The position numbers and the translations under genes were made by a program. A stretch of DNA of 64,000 bases from the human T2T-CHM13v2.0 reference genome, Homo sapiens. The notes below the pieces were generated by a model. That model had not been told where the DNA came from. It did not search any database and was given only the letters and a program-made list of their open reading frames with translations. Positions 1-18,001 of this stretch are shown piece after piece. Each line of letters begins with the position of its first letter. The first letter of the stretch is position 1. The DNA lies in the NCBI RefSeq assembly GCF_009914755.1, contig NC_060935.1; one strand, written 5' to 3'.

Positions 1-102
1 TAATTTTCTTTGGTTAGTCCCAACAGATCTAAGAAGTTTCATATATTCATACAAATGAAGCAGAGATTGCCTTTTGAACATGATTACTATCATTGCTATT
101 TT

Positions 103-1752
<1,650 letters not shown>

Positions 1753-3430
1753 CAATAGTACGTTATCTTAACTGTATTATGGATTGAGAGTTGGGGAGGT
1801 ATTGGAATTGCCTTTGTTTAATAAAATAGTTTGGAAGTTGCTTAGGAGGAGAGTCATTATCTTAAGAACATGCATGCAATCTAGAACCAAGCAACAAAGG
1901 AGGTAGCTAAACTGGAGCATGGTCTTCTCTTTGCAAATAGAAGGAACACGAGAGGGCTCATGGAGAATTGTCGTGTTTCTAAAGCCTTGGTTTGGAACTG
2001 GCACACTGTCATTTCCACACATATTCCATTGGCTGGCATAAGTTAGTGAGGCAGGGAAGAATAGTCCCACCCACGGTGGAGCATGGCAAGAAAATGGAAA
2101 GAAGAGAGAATAGTTAACAAATACAATCTACTAGTAAAAAGTCCCCAGTGATGGGATGATTTGCACACTATTAAGAATAAATATGTCCAATAGTCAATTG
2201 GGAGTTGTGGTTCTGTATTATAAATCCTCTCGCCTTAATTGCCTATATTTTCCACCATCAGCTGTGTGCACAAATAGGTTAGGGAGTGGCATTTATAAAA
2301 AAAAAATTAAAGACCTGTATGTTAAATCTGGTGAACATTGTGTAGAACAGCAACAATGGGTTTAAGACACACAGATGAGGAGAAGAAGTGGAAGACCAGA
2401 ACAGACCTTGAGAACACAAGCACTCCAGGAATGTGCAGAAAACTTAGGGAGGACATTACCTTTCCTCAACTCATGAAACTGAGATGTTAAGCAATCCTGT
2501 TTAGATCTTAAGGAGCAGGATGTCTCCAGTGAAAATGCAGGTGACAAAAATATCTGAATCTCTTAAGTACTGCCTTGAAATCTAATCTCATAGGAGTAAT
2601 TACTGATCAAAGTATGGACTCTTTTCCCCAGGCTCTTGATAATGTTGAATTTCTTCATGATGAAAAGATTAAGTAGACATTCAAGAATGTCCACCCTAAA
2701 TTGTCAGCCATATTAAAACCAAGAAAGGAAACCATAGACCAACCTTGAAAATAAGAAAAAAATATACAAACAGATGTGATTCCTGAATTATAATGCTCTT
2801 TGAAAATGACTGTTCTGAACAATTTTGTGGTTGAATTTAAAACTCCATACGTATTAATTCCTTAAACTTCAAAAGTTAACAATACTGTAAATAGGTAAAC
2901 AGTTGTCTCTGATGTCAAGTCAAACAATATTTTAAGTCTGACAAGAAAGATAGGTAACTGCCAAAGTAAATATCTCAAGCAGCTATGGATCATGACAGGC
3001 TTTATTATATATACAGTACTTATAAAATCACAAGCTGTGGCCAGGCACGGTGGCTCACACCTGTAATCCCAGCACTTGGGGAGGCCAAGGCGGGAGGAGT
3101 GCTTGAGGCTGGGAGTTCGAGACCAGCTTGAGCAACATGGTGAAACCACTTCTCTACAAAATATATAAAAATTAGCCAGGTGTGGTGGCGTATACCTGTG
3201 GTCCTGGCTACTTGGGCTGCTGAGGCAGAAAAATCACCTTGAGCCCAGGGAGGTTGAGGCTTTGGTGAGCCATGATCGCACCGCTGTACTTCATCCTAGG
3301 TGACAGAGTGAGACTCTGTCTCAAAAGAAAACAAGCTAAAAAAACCAAAAAACAGAAAACTAAACCTTTGGACCTCATAGTAAAATGAAAAATTGAAAAA
3401 GAAATTCTGAAACAGTCACAAGGGAACTTT

Positions 3431-3718
<288 letters not shown>

Positions 3719-3991
3719 CACAAGGGAACTTTATGTATGCTATCATCCATCTCACGTGGCTTCAGTTTAAACATTTGCTCTACAAAAAGATGGGCATAGT
3801 GGCTGCTCTCTCTGTTTAAAGATGTGAAGGATGTACAGCCCTGATACTTCCCAGAAGGGTCTGTAAGAGACACCGTGACTTTGGCCTTGCCCTTGCCCTA
3901 CATTGCTTTTAGCCTTGAAATTTTGACTCAGCAATATCAGAGCCCTAAAATGTGCTGGATATTTTCAAATATGTTACTTGATTTTACTCTC

Positions 3992-4691
3992 TGTATTAGT
4001 TTCCTGAGGCTGCCAACCACAAACTTGGTAGCTTAAAACAGCAAACATTTATTGTCTCACAGTTCTGGAGGCTAGAAGTCCAAAATTCACTTATTGGCAG
4101 AACTGTCCTCTCTCTGGAGGCACTAGGAGAGAATCTGTACCTTGCCTCTTCCAGCTTCTGGCTGCTGCCACAGCATTCCTGAGCTTGTGGTCATTTTTAT
4201 TTATTTAATTTTTTAATTTTTTGAGGCAGGGTCTCACTCTATCTCCCAGCCTGAGTGCAGTGTGATCATGGCTCACTGCAGCCTCGAACTTCCAGGCTAA
4301 TGCAATCCTCCCACCTCAGCCTGCCAAGTAGCTGGGACTACAGCTGTGCGCCACCATGCCTTGCTATTTATTTATTAATAGAGATGGGATCTCGCTATGT
4401 TGCTTAGGCTGGTCTCGAATTCCTGGATGCAAGTGATCCTCCCCCTCAGCCTCCCACAGTGTTGGGATACAGGTGTGAGCCACTGTACCTGGCCTCTTAT
4501 AAGGATTTATAAGGAAAGATTGTCTCTGGATTTAGGATCCACCCAGATAATACAGGAGAATCTCCTCATCTTCAAATCTTTAACTTAATTACGTCTGCAA
4601 AAATTCTTTTTCCAAATAAGGTAACATCTATAGATTCTGGGGATTATGAGGTGGACATAGCATTTGGGGGACCACCATTCAACCCACTGCA
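3992..4691 (-). mobile_element. MaLR LTR (MLT1C-like) interrupted by an AluJ (about 4195-4493)
   Basis: Ends tgtattagtttcctgaggctgc... and ...cattcaacccactgca, with a perfect 5-bp TSD CTCTC. Confidence 0.75.
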
Positions 4692-4865
4692 CTCTCACAA
4701 CCTTGTGGAGCAGATCCCCTTTCAAGAACTCCCCCAGAGTTTCTTGCTTAAGAACACTGTAATAGATGAGCTGCCATTCAAAGTAAGGTCTCGGACAGTC
4801 GCAGTGGCTCACACCTGTAATCCCGGCACTTTGGGAGGCTGAGGCAGGTGGATCACTTGAGGTCA

Positions 4866-5135
<270 letters not shown>

Positions 5136-5178
5136 TTATGCCACACCTTGTTGACATCGCCATAGAACAGTAATAATA

Positions 5179-6952
<1,774 letters not shown>

Positions 6953-7022
6953 GACTAATATCCAATGTTGATTGAGCTTTTTCTAAGTCCCAGGTGCTGC
7001 CACAAGTACTTTTTATTCCATT

Positions 7023-7053
<31 letters not shown>

Positions 7054-7139
7054 TTTTTGAGACTGAGTCTCGCTTTGTTGCCCAGGGTGGAGTGCAGTGG
7101 CACAATCTCGTCTCACAGCATCCTCTGCCTCCCAAGTGA

Positions 7140-7555
<416 letters not shown>

Positions 7556-7659
7556 TAATAATAGTGAATTTGAGCTCAAGTGAGCTCAAGTGATCTGCCC
7601 ACCTAGGCCTCCCAAAGCACTGGGATTACACGCATGAGCCACCGTGCCCAGCCAGGTCT

Positions 7660-8900
<1,241 letters not shown>

Positions 8901-9003
8901 TCTAGGGATATTTATCACAATTGCTTTGAAGTTCTGCTCTCCATATCCTCTTTCCTCCAAGAAACATTCTGTTATTTTTGTTTCTTCCTATTATTTAATT
9001 TAA

Positions 9004-9218
<215 letters not shown>

Positions 9219-9384
9219 TAAGCTTTCTTCAAATGTCTGTCTCTTGGCTGCGCACAGTGGCTCATGCCTATAATCCCAGCCCTTTGGGAGGCTGATGCGG
9301 CAGATCACTTGAGCCCAGGAGTTCAAGACCAGCCTAGGCAACATGGCGAAACCCCATTTCTACTAAAAATAGAAAAATTAGCTA

Positions 9385-9546
<162 letters not shown>

Positions 9547-9599
9547 TTACTGAAAACAGCAAAAGAGCTGATTTGAACCTCTGTATAGGTATAGCAGAG

Positions 9600-10250
9600 C
9601 TTGCCGGTTACATCTCTAATATTCACTTTCTCCCTCTCTCTTAAAGAACACAATTGTGTGGAGATGGTATTATGCCCAGCACACACACACACAAACAAAC
9701 ACAAAAGCAATTACATTTTCCAGTCTCTCTTGTATACTGTGTAGAGGTGTGGCCATATGTCACAATTCTAGCCAACAAAATGTAAACAGATGTCATTGGT
9801 TGGGACTTCTGGGGAAGTCCCTTAAAATGAAGTGTATCTATTTTCTATTAGTGAATGACAAACCACTCCAAAACATAGAGGGGTTTTATTTATTTATTTT
9901 TCATTTTTCTATTTCAAACTACAATCATCAATAGAACAGAGAGGTTTAAAACATCATTATTTACTCATGATTCTGCAATTCGGGCAGGTCTCCACTGAGC
10001 AATCCTGGGGTCACTCACTCGGCTGGGTCATCTGGTAGTTCATTTGGGGCTTGATAGCCTCCTCTATTCCCCCTCTCATAACCTCTCCAGTGGAATTGCC
10101 TGGTTTTCTTTTATGGCAGTGGAAGCATTCCAAGAGAGCAAGGCCCATGCACAAATGCTTATGAAGCCTTGGCTTGTGTCATATTTGTTGATGTCCCATT
10201 GGCAAACAAGTCACATCACCAAGCCCAAAGTCAAAGTCGCAGAGGGCTAT
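9600..10250. mobile_element. Old ERVL/MaLR LTR fragments (LTR33-like and MLT1-like)
   Basis: Motifs ggtgtggccatatgtcacaattctagccaa and gtcccattggcaaacaagtcacat. Confidence 0.45.
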
Positions 10251-11180
10251 GCGGTTCTATCATTGAGCAGTGAAGCAGCCTACAGCTACTCTGGGAAGCA
10301 TTCGTGTCGCCAGATGTGGAGGCAACCCTGGAGTTGGTGAAGGAGGCAGTTTTTTGGTAAGCCTGGAAGTAGTTGTAACACCACTTGCTCGATATGGGAC
10401 CCTCTTAGGACATACCAAAGGTCTTGTGCTCAGAACAATCACATAGAATAGCAAGTTGGGAACTTTTCTATATATAATCCTCAAGCCTTTAGTTAAATGT
10501 TGATGCATATTATCCCTGGCATTAGCATGGTGTGTCCATGCTCAGACCAAAGTAATAAAGAGGAAAAAAAATCCCACCAGTAACGTCCATTGATGGTAGT
10601 TCTACATAGACCCTAGGAAAATCATGATCCGGGAAATGCAGCAATTTGAACAATGGGCCAAGTGGTACTGATTAGCCTGGAGCAAGGTAATGATTTAAAA
10701 AAAAAAAAAGGCTGGAACAAAGAATGATTCACACTACAAGTACACCACCACCAATCCCAAGGACTCCCAGAAGCAGCTGAAAAAGACTTTGATGGAGAGG
10801 GAAGTCAAAGTTCTTAGGCCAAGTAGATATGGACTTAGTGCATCAAGTAAGTTTGGATCAATATCAAAGTAAAAAAGGGAGACTGTTGTAGACTAAGAGA
10901 CTAAAGCTGTTTTTCTCAAATTTTGATGAATTTTAGAAATGCCTGAGGAAGATTTTTAAAACCCAATGGTCAGACCACACCCAAAACAGTTAAATTAAGG
11001 TCTCTAGGGATGGAGCCCATATTTCTTAAGGCTACTTGACTGATTGATTCCAAAATGTGACCAAGGTGAGAATCTCTGAACTGAAGAAAACCTAACAACC
11101 AAGTGTAATGCATGAACTTTGATTGGACTTTTTAAAAAGACCATAAAATACATTTGTGGAACAATTGTCAAAATAGATAA

Positions 11181-11524
<344 letters not shown>

Positions 11525-12499
11525 TAAAGAAGTGATAATGTGGGCTGAGTGTGGTGGCTCACACTTGTCATCCCAACACTGGAAGGCCGAGGTGGGAGGA
11601 TCACTTGAGCCCAGGAGTTGGAGACCATCCTGGGCAACATAAGGAGACCCCATCTCTACAAAAAATTTTAAAAATCAGCCAGGCATGGTGGTACACACCT
11701 GTAGTCCCAGCTACTGGGGAGGCTGAGGTGGGAGGATTGCTTGAGCTCAGGAGGTCAAAGCTGGAGTGAGCTGTGATTGTCCTACTGCACTCCAGTCTGG
11801 GTGACAGAGTAAGACCCTGACTCAAAAAAAAAAAAAAAAAAAAAAAAAGAAAAAAGAAAGGAAGGAAAGAAGGAAGGAAGGAGAGAGAAAAAAGAAATAA
11901 TGGTAATCGTGTTATTCTTAGGAGATGTAAACTGAAGTATTTAGGTGGAGGGATGTTAATATCTGCAACTTACCTTCAAATTGTTCAGCGAACGATTATA
12001 AATGTATATATGCATGTGTATAGAGAAAGATCGCATAAATGTGTCAAAATAGTAATAACTGGAGGAGCTAGGTACAAAGTTCAATGTGGGCCAGATGCAG
12101 TGGCTCATGCCTGTAATCCCAGGATTTTGAGATGCCAAGGTGGGCAGCTCACCTAAGGTCAGGAGTTCAAGACCAGACTGGCCTACATGGTGAAACCCCA
12201 TCTTTACTAAAAATTTAAAAATTAGCTCGGCGTGGTGGCACACGCTTCTAGTTCCACCTATCCGGGAGGCCAAGGCAGGAGAATCACTTCAACCCAAGAG
12301 GCGGAGGTTGCAGTGAGCCGAGATGGTGCCACTGCACTCCAGCCTGGGCAACACAGTGAGAACCTGTCTCAAAAAAGAAAAAAATTAAATATACTACTCT
12401 TTTACCTTTTCTGTGTATATGAAAACTTTCCAAATAAAAAGTTTGGGAAAAGTTATTTGGGGAATTAACATATGAACACCTGTACTCATAAGCAGATGA

Positions 12500-12706
<207 letters not shown>

Positions 12707-12731
12707 TAGAGTATTTTAGTAGAAAATTTAG

Positions 12732-12863
<132 letters not shown>

Positions 12864-12882
12864 TAATCACGTATATCTGCAC

Positions 12883-12930
12883 CAGGGCAAGACTAAAGTG
12901 AGGTCAGCGAGAAGCCTAGTCCTGGCCCTG
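12883..12930. mobile_element. Collapsed MER96-like hAT MITE (48 bp)
   Basis: CAGGGCAAGACTA...TAGTCCTGGCCCTG inverted termini with the internal palindrome absent. Confidence 0.55.
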
Positions 12931-13049
12931 ATACACACCATAGATTAGAACAAGTTGGTAATTAGAATGGGGTCCATACCAATGAAGAGGAGTGGTCACC
13001 CCTGGTTTGGGTCGACCAGTGAACTGCTATTGGCCTGAAGTTAATGAGA

Positions 13050-13240
13050 CTCTACAGCAGTTGTCAGCCTTAACTGCACAATGAAGTCATCTGAAGGAGC
13101 TTTAAAAAATATTCTTTCCTGGGCCCCACCTCTAGAGATTCTGATTTGTTTCAGGTGTTGCCTGGGTATGCCCTACATTGGAGGGTTTTAACTTATCCCA
13201 GGTGATTCTAATTAATGTGCAGCCAAAGTTGAGAACCATT
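13050..13240. mobile_element. MER5A-like hAT-Charlie element
   Basis: ...gggccccacctctagagattctgatt...tgtgcagccaaagttgagaaccattg. Confidence 0.65.
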
Positions 13241-13417
13241 GCTCTTCATACTGCCTTATACAACCTGGACAACTATAAAGGGATTGGTAAGGTTCTCAGG
13301 GAGAACAGGTGTGTGGTTTTACCAGAGTTGGAAGAGACTTTTTTATTATCATTTGAGACTCAGAGAGATTCTAGCAATAGGAGGAGCCAGAAAGTTCTTT
13401 TATTTTTTTAATTTTAA

Positions 13418-13570
<153 letters not shown>

Positions 13571-14061
13571 TAGACCTTTTTTCTCAAGGGCAAGGGACAA
13601 TATATTTAAAATACTTGGGCATAGGAGCAACCCCACAGGCCCAAACCCGGAGCTCTCAAAGGGATGGGATGAATTACTGTTGTCAGTTGTAAGTATTAGA
13701 GACAGCTGCTCAGCCTTTTGAAGAAATGGCAAGGAACAGAAAACTGAAAGTATCCTCAAGGAGTCAGATTCTAACCCAAAAGAAAAGTTTCTGGACATTG
13801 GTTGAAATATACATGACACTGCAGGAGGGGAAGGTATCACAAAGTGAAAAATTCAGTGGTTTGTGAAAGGTCTGGCTAGACACAGTGGTTATCCCATTAG
13901 GAGGCAAAGCCAGGTTCTTATAGGTACACATGGTCTCTCTTGAGTAGGAGGTCACTTCCAGATCTGTCACCACAGAAGAGGTGTCCCAAAGGGAAAAGAA
14001 ATAAAGCGAGAGAGGATTGGGTAGGCAGTACTCATTCTAGCTTGCCTGGGACTTCCAAGTT

Positions 14062-14721
14062 GGTTTTATTTATTTATTTATTTATTTTTTGAGACAGGGT
14101 CTCCCTGTGTCACTTAGGCTGGAGTGCAGTGGCGAGATCTTGGCTCACTGCAACCTTTGCCTCCCAGATTCAAGCGATTCTCATGCCTCAGCCTCCAAGT
14201 AGCTGGGACTACAGGCATGTGCCACCACACCTGGCTAACTATTTTTTTATTTTTAGTAGAGACAGTGATATGGTTTGGCTGTCTCCCCACCCAGATCTCA
14301 TCTTGAATTCCCACATGTTGTGGGAGGGACCTTGTGGGAGGTAATTGAATCATGGGGGCAGGTCTTTCCCATGTTGTTCTCGTGATAGTGAATAAGTCTC
14401 ATGAGATCTGATGGTTTTAAAAAGGGGAGTTTCCCTGCACTTGCTCTCTCTTGTCTGTTGTCATGTGAGATATGCCTTTCACCTTCCACCATGATTGTGA
14501 GGCTTCCCCAGCCACGTGGAACTGTAAGTCCATTAAAACTCTCTCTTTTGTAAATTGCCCAGTCTCAGGCATGTCTTTATCAGCAGCGTGAAAACAGACT
14601 AATACAGATGGGGTTTCACCATGTTGGCCAGGCTGGTCTTGAACCCCTGACCTCAAGTTCTCTGCCTGCCTCAGCCTCCCAAAGTGCTGTGATTACAGGC
14701 GTGAGCCACTGCACCCGATGA
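14062..14721 (-). mobile_element. AluSz-like element inserted in a MER81-like fragment and itself split by a THE1B LTR
   Basis: TSD GACTTCCAAGTT at 14050-14061 and 14722-14733. The Alu halves join perfectly across the LTR. Confidence 0.8.
14266..14606 (+). mobile_element. THE1B-type MaLR solo LTR
   Basis: TGATATGGTTTGGCTG...GACTAATACA termini with 5-bp TSD GACAG/GATGG. Confidence 0.9.
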
Positions 14722-14921
14722 GACTTCCAAGTTTTCATACTGGAAGTCCTGTATCCCAAGAAACCCTTTGGTCCCAAGAAAGAAACCCTATGTCCCAAGA
14801 AGGTCCCAGACAACCCACATAGCTGATCAAGCTACTATGCAGGGAAGGGGGTCATATAATTCAGACCTGGACTTGGAGAAGAATGAATGTCTACATGTAT
14901 CCTCCTTTAGAGGACAAGTCC

Positions 14922-15410
14922 TGTATTAGGGTGAGAAGCAGAACCAAAACTGAGACTCTCGTGCAAGTGGTTTATTGATGGAGTGCTCTTAGGAGAAGGG
15001 GAGTGAGGGAAGCAGCGTAGGACAGAGGAAAAAAACTGAGTAAGAATGTGCTCTCAGAAGAAGACTGACTTCAGCTTGATTCCATGAGGAGCTCTGGGAA
15101 AGGAAGTTCCTTGATGTAAGAGGTCAGTCTTTTGTACCTCCATACAAGAGGTAGCAATTCTTTTCTAGAGATGGTCTCAAAATTAGAATACATCAAAATC
15201 ACTTGGAGGGTTTGGTAAATCAGAATGCTGTGCCAACCCCCAGAGATTCTGATTCAGTAGGTCTGAGGTGGGGCCTGAGGATTTGTATTTCCAGCAAGTT
15301 CACAGGTAATGCTGATGATGCACTTTGAAAACCTCCACTCTAGAGAAGAGGACAGCTCTGAGGTGTTAGCACCCACAGCATCTCGCAAAGGGGATCAGGA
15401 AAGCACCTAC
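14922..15410 (-). mobile_element. Old MLT1 (J/K/L-like) LTR with a MER5A insertion (about 15170-15340) in the KCTD14 3' UTR
   Basis: tgtattagg...gaagcaga...tgagact...gtgcaagtggtttattg pattern. MER5A motif cccagagattctgattcagtaggtctg. Confidence 0.55.
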
Positions 15411-15834
15411 TACATGAAGGCACATGCCAGGGACAGATGGATTGGACCCCAAGCTGGGGCTATGTAGACTACATCTTTAGGTCAGAACATCTAGATTCAC
15501 AGTATCTTGTATGTTCCTGTTGTCATCTCACATCTCTTGCCAACGCATTGTTGAAACATTCTTACTTGGTCTTGTTATTGGACTTCAAGAGAAGGGTCTG
15601 GGAGATACATGAGGCTTTGAAAAGGAAGTAGCTGCAAGTTGCTAGGCAAATATAGTGGCATCAGTTGCAATGGAGTGGAAAGTCCTTAAACGAGTGATCA
15701 ATATTTAGTGGCAAGACTCTAGACCAACCCTGGAAATTGCCTGATGTTTGTGAAATTAAAAGAAAATGGCTTTGATGGCAACTTTTAATTTCATAAGCCA
15801 CGCCAGAATTCATAACAGTCTCTGCTCCTGAGGA
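14945..15834 (-). other. KCTD14: KCTD14 3' UTR (3' end approximate)
   Basis: Runs from the TGA at 15835-15837 to an AATAAA on the minus strand at 14971-14976. Confidence 0.7.
14971..14976 (-). terminator. KCTD14 polyadenylation signal AATAAA
   Basis: Plus-strand tttatt equals AATAAA on the minus strand, about 860 nt after the stop. Confidence 0.7.
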
Positions 15835-16512
15835 TCACCACCAGGTGAAGGTGAATGAATAAATGTTAAAATGGAATTCGTTTCTTTTGGTGGGGTACGT
15901 CAGGTAGAACTTGGAGAATACCTTGTACCCCTGGGCCTTAATGTCCATCTCCAGGCAGTGCATGAGGTCGCTGTTGTCTAGGACCGCCTTCCAGGGCCCA
16001 AACTTGACAACAGACTTGAACATCTTCTTATCCTGCAGAAAACACAGGACCTCTGAATAATATGCATCCTGCTCCTCAGTTTCCACCAGGCACACAAGCA
16101 CGCTGGACTTCCGTGCTGTTATGGCTTCTGCACGTGCCAGGCGCACCATGAGCTCCAGGTTCTCGCTGTAGCCCGGCACTTGCAGCAAAAACTGCTTCCG
16201 AGACACCTGCTCACCAAAGATCTGTGGCATGTCCTCCAGCAGCTTGACCAAAGGCTTGATTTCGTAGAACTGAGCCTCACGGTACACTTCAGGGATGTGC
16301 TGTGTGGGCACTTGCCCAGTGCGCAGGTAGTCCAGGATGGGTCTGAAATAGGTGCTGGGGCGGTCGATGAAGAAGCGGCCCTCCGCGTCCGTGGAGGCCT
16401 TGGCTAAGCTAGAGAACATCTCTGCCAGCTTTGAGCCCGGAAACTTCCTCAGGGTACCCAGGGTGGTGGTGTGGAACTCACCCCCGACGTTCAGCTCCAC
16501 AACAGTAGACAT
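15835..16512 (-). CDS. KCTD14: KCTD14 coding exon 2 (BTB/POZ T1-type domain plus KCTD7-like C-terminal domain), 225 codons plus stop
   Basis: ORF MSTVVELNVGGEFHTTTLGTLRKFPGSKL...GRFFIDRP...YFRPILDYLRTG carries the KCTD BTB signature and ends FTFTWW. Acceptor ...tgtgcccccag|ATG at 16513/16512. Confidence 0.97.
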   Translation of the reverse strand: MSTVVELNVGGEFHTTTLGTLRKFPGSKLAEMFSSLAKASTDAEGRFFIDRPSTYFRPILDYLRTGQVPTQHIPEVYREAQFYEIKPLVKLLEDMPQIFGEQVSRKQFLLQVPGYSENLELMVRLARAEAITARKSSVLVCLVETEEQDAYYSEVLCFLQDKKMFKSVVKFGPWKAVLDNSDLMHCLEMDIKAQGYKVFSKFYLTYPTKRNEFHFNIYSFTFTWW

Positions 16513-17638
16513 CTGGGGGCACAAGAGGCAGAGTAAACCAACACGCCATCTCCCCTGAGCGCATTACTTATTTTTATCCAAAGGATAACTGGATAAAAAA
16601 CTTAGGGGAGCCATAATGATTGGCTTCAGCTAGTGAAAGGCCCATCTTACTAAAGAGGGTTATATTTATGCTGTGTTGCTCCAGGGGGTGGGCTTTTTTT
16701 TTTTTTTTCGACGGAGTCTCGCTCTGTCACCCAGGCTAGGGTGCAGTGGTGCAATCTCGGCTCACTGCAACTTCCACCTCGATTAAAGCAACTCTCCTGC
16801 CTCAGCCTCCCTAATCGCTGGGACTGCAGGCGCCTGCCATCATGCCCAACTAATTTTTGTATTTTTAGTAAAGACGAGGTTTCGCCATGTTTGCTAGTCT
16901 GGTCTCAAACTCCTGACCTCACGTGATCCGCCTGCCTCAGCCTCCCACAGTGCCCGGCCGAGGGTGGGCATTTTAAAGAGGAAGAAAGATTTCTGTTTGA
17001 AAAAAGAATACCCATTCAAGCATCTTAATTTTAGGTCATAGAATGTTATGGGAGGAGGCCAGGCACGGTGGCTCACGCCTGTAATCCCAGCACTTTGGGA
17101 GGATGAGGCAGGCAGATCACCTGAGGTCAGGAGTTCAAGACAAGCCTGGCCAACTTGGCAAAACCCTGTTTCTACTAAAAATACAAAAATTAGCCAGGTG
17201 TGATGGCACGCGCCTGTAATCCCAGCTACTCAGGAGGCTGAGGCACAAGAATCACCTGAACCTAGGAGGTGGAGGCTGCAGTGAGCCAAGATCACCCCAC
17301 TGCACTCCAGCCTGGGTGACAGAGTAAGACTCTGTCTCAAAAAACCAACAATAACAACAACAACAATAACAGAAGAACGTTATGGGAAGAGGCTGCCATG
17401 GAAGGAAGTCTCAGCAATGATACTTCCAAAGTCTGTGGCCTTTGGCAAGCCTTTTTCCCTCTTACAGCCTCAGTTTCCTCATCTATAAAATGAGGATATT
17501 GGCCGGGCATAGTGGCTCATGCCTGTAATCCCAACACTTTGGGAGGCCAAGGCAGGAGGATCACTTGTGGCCAGGAGTTGGAGACCAGCCTAGGCAACAT
17601 AGCAAGACCCCATCTCTGTTGTTTTTTAAATAGATTTA

Positions 17639-18001
<363 letters not shown>

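Noticed and set aside
16513-16524. MCPQ extension of the KCTD14 exon 2 ORF
   Set aside because: It is intronic acceptor sequence with a non-ATG start.
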